Of a stretch of 64,000 nt of DNA, positions 22,386 to 33,789 are shown in pieces. The notes beneath the pieces were generated by a model that made no database searches, was not told the DNA's origin, and was given only the letters and a program-made list of their open reading frames with translations. Location: NCBI GenBank assembly GCA_018398765.1, contig JAHBMJ010000101.1:62001-126000 (forward strand), written 5' to 3'. This DNA comes from Chromera velia (taxonomy: Eukaryota). Numbering within the stretch: the first letter of the stretch is position 1; each line of letters opens with the position of its first letter. Position numbers and translations under genes: made by a program.

Positions 22386-25300
22386 TCAAATACACACAGC
22401 TGTCTCGCTCGACCCTGCTTTCTCACTTCCAAAAGCCTTCTCCCCCTCTTCCTTGGTTGCTTGCCTGAGACTAGAGACAACGACAGAAGAAGGGGGGATC
22501 GGAATCCGCCTTGGGGGGGGGCACGTGGGTAGAAGTGGATCCGGATTCAGCTCTCCGCTCATGGACCCACCACTACGCACATCCTTGTCAGAAGGAACAA
22601 CTGAGTCTTCCCTTGTTGGTTCTTCAACTTTCTCTGAGGACTCTAGAGGTCCTCCACCAACAGATGGGGGCGACTCGGGGGAGACAGGCACCGGCCTGGT
22701 GGCCCAGGGACAGCGGGAGGGCGGGGCAGAAGTCGGCAGACAGCTGGTTCCTGTGCCGCCAACTGGCACATGCAGGGACCCATTCGGGTTCCTCTTCACT
22801 GGTGCTGCTGAAGTGTTCGTCCTCTTTCTGTTGGGAACTTGCGGAGGCGGTCTCTGAGGGGGAAGGGCAGATGGGGGCAGGGGATTGACAGGCGCAAGCC
22901 CGTAGAAATTCAGGGTGACGCACGCAGGATCATCCTCATCGATGACCGCCACGACGCTGGCCAGAACACCCGGAGAGTGGGCAAGACTATCGGCAAGAGG
23001 GCCCACCTGCGATTGGTGTGACAAGGAGCCACCGCGTGTTCTTATGGTACTGTCTGTACGGACGCTCTGAGCACGGGGAGAGGGACACGAGGGCTGCTGA
23101 GGTGTTTCACCGACTTCCAGCTGTGCCGGTGGGATGGGAGAGGCAGAGGGGGCAGAAGGGGCGCGTTGTCCGGAAGGCTTGGAGATGCCAAGCAGTTTGT
23201 GATGAGAGTGTCCCCCCCATTCAATGCGCAGAAGGACGCGTGAGGGAAACCACACGACCGACCGGTTGGCCGAAAAGACTGCAGACCTGAGGTCTTCTGT
23301 GTCCTTTGTGCGTAGGACACAATTGAGATAGGTGCCGTCGAGGATCCTGCCTGTCCAGAGTCGGAACAGAAGGGAGGCCTCGAGGATGACCATCTCTTGG
23401 AGGTTTGCACGGATGGACCCCTGCACGCAACATTCATTGTTTGTACGCACACATGCAGCGCTTTGATTGATGGATGCGGGATCTAGAGCAAGGCTGGAGA
23501 GAACAAGAAACTCTAGAATCACAGAGATAGATAGATAGAGAGAGAGAGAGCACAGAAAACAGGAAAGGAAAGGAAAGTGCAGAAGTAAGAGATGAAACAC
23601 ATAAAAGAAACTCCCCCCCGCTCAACATCATACTGCTCCGCCGGATGGACGGAGAGAGGAGAGACGTGCCTGAAAGACTGCGTCCAGAGTTTGCTGAGAC
23701 CTCGTAAGTAGCCACTCAGTACGTCTGCGCACGTTTTCTTCCTCTGTCACGTCCCTTAGAAAGCCTAAGACCGATGCGACGGCAGGAGCATGTACAGAGG
23801 GGCAGACACTGCCTGTACCTGTGCCTGTGTCTGGGCTTGTAGGGCTGTCCTTCACGCCCGTACACTTTGAGGGCGGATTTTCCCTCGCCGGTTCTCTCTC
23901 TCTCTCTATTTCTTCACAGCCACCCGGACGCTCCGAGGCACCGCAGGGAAGTTGGGGAGGTAGCGCTTCTGTTTGTCCTTCACCCTTCTTAGGCTGTCCC
24001 TGCTGATCTGTGTGCACTGAACGAACCACTCGCTTCCCTCCGCACTCAAACCTGAAGGCAGGGGGACAGGCGGGCATCATGCAGAAAGGGTGCAAGTGCT
24101 TTGAGTGTAAAGAGAAGAGAAGAGAAAAAACACATGAGAAGAAATGCTGGAGACAGCACAGAGGCAAATACTTCAAATTAAAGCAACTCACAAGCCTTCT
24201 TCAGGTTGCCAGGCGAAAGAAAATCATACCAACAAAGAAACCGACCATCTCAGCTGTCCATCCGGTCTCTCAATCATCAGCTGGAGGTCGAAAGGCTTGC
24301 CTGTCCTCAGACAGTTCTGAATAGCCAGCTCCACCTGCTCTTTGTAGGGAGGGGCAACGAATTCTGTCCAAAGGGCGTTGACAGCCGGGCTGTTGGAAGG
24401 GGGGCAGAAATGCTCCATGGTGGTGGGGGGGGGCATATGGGGCGGAGGGGCGGGTACTCCCAGAGAGGGACACTGGTCATCTGCCTGCGGCGACTCCAGT
24501 GTGGGGGGGAGAGTTTTGTTGTGTTGGGGTCTCCAGGGTCCTGAAGGGGGGGGATGGAATGCGAGTGGAGGGGGACGAATCATGTCGCCTCCTCCTGGTG
24601 CAGCGGCGAGGGACCTGTTTTCTTGCTCCTTCTCCTCTTTTCTTCCTGACTTCTCAATCTTGTTGTCTTCACCAACCGCAAGATCAGAACCGCACCTCTC
24701 CCCCTTCCCTCGCCCCCCCTCTTGTTCACCTCCTTTCCTGTTCACAGCTTCTCCCTCCCTCTCCCGCTCATTCTCGCCCTCGCTCTCGCTCTCCATAACA
24801 GACCAGAGGCGTGGAGCGACGCGCCATCTGCTTGTTTGAGGGGAAGGCGAAGTTTTCCATTTTGACAGACTCAGAGCACCGGCCGCAGCCGCACCACCAG
24901 GAGTCCCCTTCACACTTACTAACCCCGACTCATCTCCCCTGCTTGCCCCCACACTGTGATCTGTTTGCGACTGTCCATTCCTCATGTCCACCCCCCTTTT
25001 TTGGCTTTGGCTTTGTGCCTGCGAGACAAAATTGGGGTCCAAAGGAAGAAGCCCTTGCCCCCCGACACCCCCCACACCCCTAGATGCAGCTTCACTGAAA
25101 TCCAACGGATGATCCCCCCCCAGCAGTCTGTCTCTGTCTAGGGTTCCTGCTGCGTGGTTTTGGTTTGAGGAGTCAAAAATCTGTGCAGAGATAGGACCAG
25201 GCACAGCTAACGACTCTTCACGGAGGGGGGAGGGAGAACCGAAAGTTACCAGCTTGCGGCCTGTGAGTGCTTCGATGACCTTCGACTGATACACAGCGCG

Positions 25301-26156
25301 GAAACTGGCGGCAGGTGCGCTAGTCTGTTCTTGCTCCCCTTCTACAGCCGGTCTAGGACCGTCCCCCAAACTCCAACGGGGAGCTTCGGGGGTATTCTGC
25401 ATGGGCGGAGGGATGCTGCGTCCCGCCTCAGGAATCGGCGGATGTGACAGGAGCTGACGCTCTGCAGTAGCATTCGATTGGAGGCCTAACTCAAGGTCTC
25501 CCTCTTCTGGTTCTGCCTGCCTTCCCTCTTCTTCCACTCTGCTGAGGGTACCACCCGCAGACTGCTCCAACCGATCTGAAGAGCTTGAAAGGGACACAGA
25601 GGAATTCCACAGGCTTTCCTCCTCCTCCTCACTCTCACAACAGCCACAGAGGGACTCGGAGGACGAAAAAAACCTTTTCTCTTTAATTGCGCCTTCCGGC
25701 AATTCCACAGCCCCCCTCTTTTCACCCACCACTGGCTCCACCTCACAGACCGCGGCAACCGCAGAGGAAGAAGAAGAAGAAGCAAGAGGACCGTCCAACT
25801 GTTTCGACTCCAAGGAGGGCCAGATGGGGTAGTCGGCCTGCCAGGCGGCAGTGCCGAGCATGCTGGCAAAGTTTTCGAGGAGACCCCACGCCCGCTCGGC
25901 CTCCATCACTCTGCAGTCGTCAGTAAGTATCCAGAGGAGGAAGAAATGAACAGGACAGAAAAGAGGCAGAGAAAGGGGCAACAAAAGCAGTTAGCATGGG
26001 GTCAACGCAAAACGGGGAAAGGAATGAGAAAGTCAGAATGATGGGACTCCAGGAGTCTAGTGAGAGAGAAACAGAGAGAGAGAGAGAGCAGGAGTCTAGT
26101 GAGAGAGAAACAGAGAGAGAGAGAGAGAGAGAGAGAGCAGGAGTCTAGTGAGAGAG

Positions 26157-26188
<32 letters not shown>

Positions 26189-28383
26189 CGGCCTCCTCCG
26201 AGGATACGGTCAACAGACTGTCAGGAAGGATACACGTGGCATGCAGACAGGAAGAGGGGAGCAGAGTGAAAGAAATGAGAAAATATTAAATTCGAAGGGG
26301 AAAAGAAGATAAACACGGAAGACGCTAAGAGGTGAAGGAACAAGCAGACAGATAAGACAAGATGCAGACAACTAGAAGGACAATAGAGAGGTTAAAAAAG
26401 AAAAGGAAAACACGATCCACCGCAAAACAAACCAACCAGAAGAGAACGAGCAGACAAGGCCAAATGAAGTGTTGAGTCGATCGTTCTCCCTCCCTTCCTC
26501 CTTCCTTCCTTCCTTCCTTCCTGAACTTACCTTCTTGTCACATCCCGAAAGGTTAGAATCACGGACACCCCGCCCCTCTCCAAAAGATCACGGAGGTGTC
26601 CGTCCCTCTGCCCCCCTCCTACCGTATGAGGATGACCTCTGACACCCCCCAATTCACACAACTGCTGTTGCAGACGACAGACGGCTGTGACTTCAAAAAA
26701 CCTGCCGGGGGCGGAGACCATCTTGATCGGTTCAGACATTACAGATGACCCGAAAAGCGAATACGGGTCCTCTGTTTGTTTTGCACTCTCTCCACCCGAA
26801 CCCCCGCTCTCAATGTCTGTCTTCTTGGTCGTACTTCCTTCAAGAAAGCTTGAGTCTCTCGTGAAATCCCTCCCAACCCCCTCTTTGGCTTTTCGTAATG
26901 CTTCATTCATCCTATCTCTCATCGTATTCTCCCATACCGACCACATTGTGCCTTTTTCCCGTGACGCAAACAACCGGAACAACAAACGCCCAAAACCCCA
27001 TGCACCCTCCCGCACCCCCTTTCCTTCCCCCCCGTTCGTATCTCTTTCCCTCGCTATACTCCCCCCCCCATCAAAACCATCGCATCGCACCTCCAGCTCT
27101 GACACCAGCGCCTCCAGGGAATCGGAGCACACTCTTCCTAGCGCCACCTTATCTGCATGCCCCGCCCCCTGCTCCACCAGTGCAGGCAGACCCCCCGCTT
27201 CCAAGACCTGCACCGCCACACCCGCACACTCTGAAGTCTTCCGGCTCGCCCACGTGCAACGGGCGGTAGGGGGTCGTGCTGGGGGAGACTGCTTTTGTCT
27301 CCAGAGGGCGTTATTTCTGCATGAAGTTCTGCAGTGGGGATCAGGGATGCTGAGGTCTTTGCGATCTGTCAGGAGTGCCGTCTCCTGAAAGGCCGCTACG
27401 GGGCCCTCAAACATTAGCGTGGCACAACCAAAACACTGGACTGCTTCTATGACCTGTCGGGATTCGCTCTGGGCCTCTCTCTTATTCTGAAAGAACTGCA
27501 CCATGTGACAAACGTTGACTCGGGAGTTCTCGGACATCACATACGCAGCTGCAATCGCGAGGCACGTGAATGCCAGGGAGATCACGAGTACGGCAATCAC
27601 AAGTTTGTCCCCCAGAAACAGACTGTGACCGAGGGTCTCCACGACCAGGAAAGCGATGGCGGTGTAGACCTGGATCACAACGGTCACGGTGACGTGATGC
27701 CTGAAGGCGTACAGGTTTCCCAGGTCGTTCAGGATGAAGAAGAATCGGGATGTGTGCCCCTTGTAAAAGAAACTCTCCTGCCACACTTTGTTGGGGGTGT
27801 GGGAATGGTGTTGTGGGGAAATATTCACCGTGTACTCGTCATGAGCCTGAGAATGTTCGTGATCATGACCGCGAGGGGTATTGTGGTGCAGGTGAGGCGG
27901 TTCCCACATTTCGTAGATGGGGGGGATGGTGAGGGCGAAGATGGTGACCACCCACAAAGAGAACAGAACCATGAGCCATACCGGAAACACGTACGTGCGC
28001 GGAGGCACGAGCGCGGCAGACAGGTCTTCTTCTGGGTCCGCATCCGTACCCAGCTGCGACTTCTTCTCCCTGTTGGTTCTCTCTGGTCGCTTGTTGAACA
28101 AGTAGAAGACCATCAACAATGCGTTGACGATGGCGACAAGGGAGAGTAAGAAAAAGCGAAGGCAGAACATCCCTGCGAACTCGAAATCATCCTCCCCGCA
28201 GACAATGGCTAGAAGCGCGGAGATGATTGAGGCTACTGCGGTAATCCTGGTGAAGTCATCTGTGAGCAAGAGAGCCATACGACGGCGGTACAGATCTTCT
28301 AGAAAGGAGTCACGAAAGCTCCAGAGAAAACCGCATTTTCTCACACGCCCAAAATCCGGGTCTGTGAAAAGAGACGGGGACAT
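22386..28383 (-). CDS. Membrane protein with ~6 N-terminal TM helices followed by about three degenerate PAS/PAC-like units with long low-complexity inserts; at least 4 exons, 3' end uncertain
   Basis: Exons 28383-26531, 25910-24246, 24051-~23670 and 23420-22386 join in frame. PAC-type motifs: [53 protein letters not shown]-start-like segments: [17 protein letters not shown] and [23 protein letters not shown]. Confidence 0.72.
26050..26188. repeat. Three copies of CAGGAGTCTAGTGAGAGAGAAACA(GA)n in intron 1 of the PAS gene
   Basis: Seen directly; the (GA)n length varies between copies. Confidence 0.9.
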
Positions 28384-29189
28384 GTCTCTTCAAGGCTGTT
28401 CCGTCAAGGAGGGATAGAGAAACTCAGATGTGCGTTGCCTTTCGGCAGAGACGCCGTGACAGAGGAAGAGACATTTGAACACAGAAAGAGTTTCAATGCA
28501 GAGACAAAGCGAACATTTTGTCTCTTATCAGCAGGAGACATTGACTCGCTACCCTCTCATCATCGCACACAGTCCTGCATGAAGCTGTAAAGGCCGGGAG
28601 AAAGACATACAGAGAGACCATGCAATGTGACCCCGGAAACCGTATAGAAGATCTGACATCCATGGAAGATTTGCACATGCATGCAGCTATAGGGGCGCGC
28701 GGCGGCGCGCGCGCGTGCGCGGGGGCTGCATGCCGCGGGGCGCGGGGGGGGCGCGCGGATGCGCGCGGTCCATGCATGCAGGCGAGGCATGGCGAGGCCA
28801 AAAAAATTCTTGCAGTGATCATGACAGGGCCGTGCCACGCGGCAGCGGGATTTTCTCTAGTATGCGTTACGCTTTCCTAGCTCGGCCTTCGCGACATCAA
28901 GAGGACAAGTGCAGCTGAACATCAAGCTAAATGCAACCAGACCTGTCTACACAGGTACACGACTTGGAAGTTGAATAAAGGTGAGGCTGGAGAGAGGGGT
29001 CATTACCATTCCATAGGGGGCGATTGTTTGTCTAGAGTCCTTCTAGCTAGCTTTAATGGTCTACCGCGTAGCATGCCCCCCCCGCCGTACTATGAAGTTT
29101 CAACCTGGGCTGCGCTCCGCACGGCCTGGGGGGGGGGTCCCGTGCGGCTGGCAAGCCAGCCGCGCAGACCGGAACCCCCCCCCCCCGAT

Positions 29190-30483
29190 ATCACCCCCCT
29201 ATGCCATCATCTACATGCTCTCCAAGGACTTCCCCATGTGAAGGCCGATGTGTCTGGGGCTTTCTTCCAAACAGAGGATGTCTGTGACAAGAAGATTGGG
29301 ATCCGAGTTCCCGGAATCAGGATTCTCCCTGATTTCCCAGACAAGAAGCCGAAGGAATTGAGTAAGTTCACCGTTGAAGGAGGGTGACATCTACATCACT
29401 GACAAGGCTCTGTATGGAGGGCCTGGTTCGGCAAGGATGTTTTCAACCAAGGCAAAGACTGAGTTGGAAGAGCTGAGTTTTGAGGAGATTGATGAGTCTA
29501 TTCATGTGTGAAGAGAGACGAACACCAACGAGGTCAACGCTGTCATCTATCACTATGTTGATAACTTTGAGGGAGGTGTGATGGACATCGAGGAGATCTT
29601 CAGCAAGTACAGGCACAGGCTGTCTCTGGGTAGCGTTATACGAGTCGTCGACGGCGAGGTGGCAAAGTTCGTGGGCATCGAGCAGATGAGACAGGGAAAG
29701 AAGATGTTCCTGTCTTAGGCCTCTTTCCTCAACTTGCTGTGCGTTGATAATCTTCTTCCTAAGAAGAAGCATATAATGAAAGAGAAGGACATGAAGGTGC
29801 CGGAGGACGACATGATCGATCTGTCCCTCAAGCCGCGCTACTAGTCCCTCATTGGCACTCTAGGATGGGCCGTCCGTACCCAACCAAAAGTACAGCCGTT
29901 CTTCTCGATTCTCTCTTCGAGAGCGAATTATAGCAGCAAGAAGCTGATAGAGTGTCTGGCACTCGTGTTGCAGGCACTCAAGGAGAGACCGTTTTTTCTC
30001 GAGCTTAGAGGGATCGACATCTCCACTTTCCTCTTCTATATCTTCAACGACTCTTCCTTTTTCATTCTGTCGAAGGAAGGATGTCAGGCTTGGATATATT
30101 TCTTGGTCGATGCGATATAGAGGCTTGAGAGCGATGACGAGTAGAACCTTGTCGCGTGTGATTTTAAGAGAATGAAGCAGAAGTTCATCTCCTCCACCTC
30201 CTGTGAAATGGTGTCGATGGTGGCCGGCGTGAAGGCCGCCTACAAGACGCGTGACATTGCTTTCCGCCTCTTTGGGAAGCTACCGAGGGTGATCATGGTC
30301 ACGGACAGCAAGCCTCTGTACGACCAAATCGAGTCCGGATTGGCGTGTTCAGAGCCCCGTATTTAGGGCACTCTCAACTATCTCATGCAGGAGATCGGGG
30401 GTGAGGGTCTCAATGCACAGGTCGTCTGGGTGAAGAAGGAGTTTCAGAGGGCTGATGTGCTTACTCGAGCTGTCTGGTGGTGA
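29190..30483 (+). mobile_element. Decayed Ty1/copia-type LTR retrotransposon pol fragment (reverse transcriptase + RNase H), 5'-truncated
   Basis: Translated pieces: VKADVSGAFF, DKALYGG, HYVDNF (YVDD box, 29554-29565), KFVGIE, FLS*, RY*SLIGTLGWAVRTQP, NDSSF, ISSTSCE, VTDSKPL, WVKKEFQRADVLTRA. Multiple stops and frameshifts. Confidence 0.88.
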
Positions 30484-30620
30484 GCGAAGGGGGAAGAAAA
30501 GGAAGAGAGTGAAAAGAGGTGTTGGTTTTCTTCTTTGTACAGTACTTTGCTCTCTTTGATTTTCAGAGTGTCTTCTCCTTCCCTCTCATCTCTTTTCCTT
30601 GTCTCTAGATTTCCTTCTGC
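30484..30620 (+). mobile_element. Polypurine tract followed by the probable start of the 3' LTR (TGTTGG at 30520); LTR end not determined
   Basis: GAAGGGGGAAGAAAAGGAAGAGAGTGAAAAGAGG lies directly after the pol stop and directly before TGTTGG, the canonical PPT-LTR junction. Confidence 0.6.
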
Positions 30621-31639
30621 AAGAAGCCGAGTTGTTTTGATTTGATTAAACGGTGTGCTGCACTCGTATCCTTAAAAATCTTTAAATGAAAGAGTTTTGG
30701 AGAAACGTCGAATGGGAGGTGTATGAAAAGTATGTGTGCGATGCGAGCGAGAATGCGTGCATCATGAGCGAGCGGCGCCCTACGAATACGGACGCGCGAT
30801 GAAGCGTGGTGGACCAGGACGCGCATGCAAGCAGACTAAATTGAGAGAGCATGCTTGAAAGGCTGACTTGATTGAGAGAGCTTACTTCAATGTGGAGTGT
30901 GACACATTGAGCGTAGCTAGCTAACCGCTGATCACTTCGTAAATGACTGAGTGACAGTGATGGTTGGCTGTGGCAGGTCGGAATTTTTGTGTATCTTTGA
31001 GTCGGTCGTGTTGATGTTGACTTGCTTTAGGCCTCTCGAGTTTAAGTATGACAGGAGGGCAGTATAGATTCAAAGGCCATGTGCACGCATAGGAAATATT
31101 CTTTCATTGACAGTCACTAGATTGATTTGAACAGGTGGAAGCTGATCATTCTTCCCTGTTTGGACAGACTCCTTCTGTAAGTCGATGAATGGATATGAGG
31201 TGATTCAGTTATATTCCCGTCTCCTTTAGTTATATGGTAGGACAGCTAGCATTACACTTTTCTGTTTTTAATATCATTTTAATATAAAATGTCATAGTGG
31301 TCGAACAGTATCTTGAATAATAATCCTTCTTTCATCATGATTTTTTTTTTTTTTGACGATAGTTTATTTAACTTTGAGTTTTTGACCCATCATTCACTTA
31401 ATTTTTTTATAAATTTCCTGTAGCCTCAATTGAAGATTATTGAACGTTCTTCATATGACTTTAGGGCTAATTAATCAAGGCGCGATAAGCTGTTACCGGC
31501 TGCGACAGTAGGTGCCGCTTCAAGCCCCACTTTGCAACATCTTTGCGAAAAAGTGGGAGCAAAATAAGGAGAGACAGAGGGACGGAATTTGAGACCTAGT
31601 TTGAGACCCATCATCATGGGCTAGATCATGACTCATGAG

Positions 31640-32640
31640 AGAGGAATGCTAGGAAGCAGAGAAGGAAGCATAAAACAAGTAAAGGAGTGAGGAAGGAGGG
31701 GGCGCGACGGAGGCAGGTCCTGGCAGGGAGGCAGGGAGAGTGATTGAGAGGAAGGGAGGGATGAACTTCCGAGGAAGGAAGGAAAGAAGGAAGGAAGGAA
31801 GGAAGGATGGAAGAAAGGAGGGAATGGGGGAAGGGACGAAGATGGAAGAGACGAACGGAGGGAGACTCTGAGAAGGAGGGAGGGATGAAGGTTAGGAACC
31901 GGAAGGAATAAAGCAAGGAGGAAAGAAGGAATCAAGGGAAAAAAGTTTCAGTAGGAAAGAAGCAGGTAGATAAACAAGTACCAAGCAAACAAGCCAGTAA
32001 ACAAAAACTGGAGAATTTTAAAGGACAGAAAAAAGAAATAACGGAAAAACATATAGAAAGAGAGGAGGCAGGCGGAAAGTGGAAGAATGAAAAAATAAAG
32101 TAGGGATCGAAGACAGGAAGAATTAAGGGAAGAAAGAAAGTGCAGAAACAAAGAAGAGAGGAAAGAAGGACGGAAGGACGAAAGCACAAAGAATAAAAAT
32201 AAGGAGGAAAGAAAAAAAAAAAGAAAGAAAGAGAGAACGAAAGACATTAAGCAAGAAAGAAAGAGCGAAGAAGTCTATCAGCAAGCGAGTCAGCTAGTAA
32301 AAGAGGCATTGAGTAAGTGGATGTCGCTTAGTGTCTGTGTAAGTGAGCGAGCGGGTTGGTGTGTAAGTGACTGAGTGAGTGAGTGAATGAGTGAGTGAGC
32401 GACTGAACGAGTGAGCGAAGGAGCAGAGGGAGGGAGGGAAGGAAGCTGGGATGAAAGTAGGTAGGAAAAGAGGTAGGTAGGGAGGGTCGGTGGAAAAGAG
32501 TGAGGGGGTGAGTGGATGAGCAAAGAAGTGAGTGGGTCATTAAGTCAGGGGAGGAAGGCAAGGATGAAGCGATGGAGGAAGGGATTAAGGAAAAGAGCGC
32601 GTGAGCGAGTGAGTAAGTGAGCGAGGAGAGTCTTTTCAGC
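31640..32640. repeat. Purine-rich low-complexity tract (GGAA/GAAA/GAGT degenerate SSR)
   Basis: About 1 kb with strong G+A strand asymmetry. Confidence 0.85.
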
Positions 32641-33789
32641 AAAAATTATGAGCGTGATTGATTGTGACCGGTCCAATCCAGGCCGGGAGAAGACGCAGTC
32701 CGTATTTTTTTACGAAGAGACGTTAATTCCTGACGGAGACGGGCATGCATCAACAAACTAAATAGACGGAGACAGAAAAGAAAACAGACAGAAATACCTT
32801 GCCGACGCATACGTAGGATATTTAAGGACAGCTACATGTACGCCTTCAGTCCTAGTCGACACTGAATGCTGCAAACACAGAGCGGGAACAGCTCAAGCAC
32901 TTAACGACTTTCCAAGAATCTATGAAGACACACAAACACTCGCAGACAGCTGTGCATTGCTTCGACGTCTCATCCGATGTTGGTGTGCAGCTGACAGTGT
33001 TGAAAGTCTTGGAGCGAATCGAGAGGAGAGGGATAGAGATCGATCATCGATGGTCAGTGGAGATGGCACTCTTCTTGTGGTCCCGAAAGAGGGCAACTCA
33101 ACGACGTCTCTAAGTTTTTCAAAAGAACAATGACCAGACGATCCCTCTTCCTTCTTCCTTGACACGTATGCTGGAAGAGTGACACGTATTGTTTGGCAGT
33201 ACTGGCTATAAAACCATGTTAAAACCGTCTGCTTACTTTCGACGCACTGGTAGAAAGTGATAGCGGGTAGCGTGGTTAATTTTTGACGCTTTTCTGAGCC
33301 AATGAGGAGCGGAGCTTTCCGGGGCCTTTTTTTTGACCAAAGCTCCTTGCATCGAGGGCTCTGGGGAAAGTTTGGTAAGTGCCCCCCGCTTCGCTTTCCG
33401 GGGCCATGTGCACGCGTGCATGCAGACGAGATGCAGACGAGAGCAAGAATGGCAGCCGAGGGGAGGATCATGCATGGAGGATCGACTTGCAATGAGAAGA
33501 TCATGTATAGATCATGTGTATTTGTGTATACATTGATACAGGAAAGTCGCTCATGTACACTTTGTCTTGGAACAGCCCACCCAGGTGCATGGTTGATTGC
33601 TTGCAGGAGCCTGATTTGAAGTTCTTTACTGATAATTCCGCCTGCAGTGTTGAGTGCCTCTCACGAGCGCAAAGACTTTTAGGCAGGTATATAGTGGCAA
33701 AGAGCTGCGAGATCCGTTGATCGGAATCGCTCTGTCCGGCTACCCAGTGCACCAGCCTTCTCTTGTGTGTTTTTTCTTCGACCATTCGC

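Noticed and set aside
26687..28149. Plus-strand ORFs of 200+ aa overlapping the PAS gene, and 56179-57216 overlapping the LRR gene
   Set aside because: Antisense shadows of GC-rich coding exons with no independent motifs.
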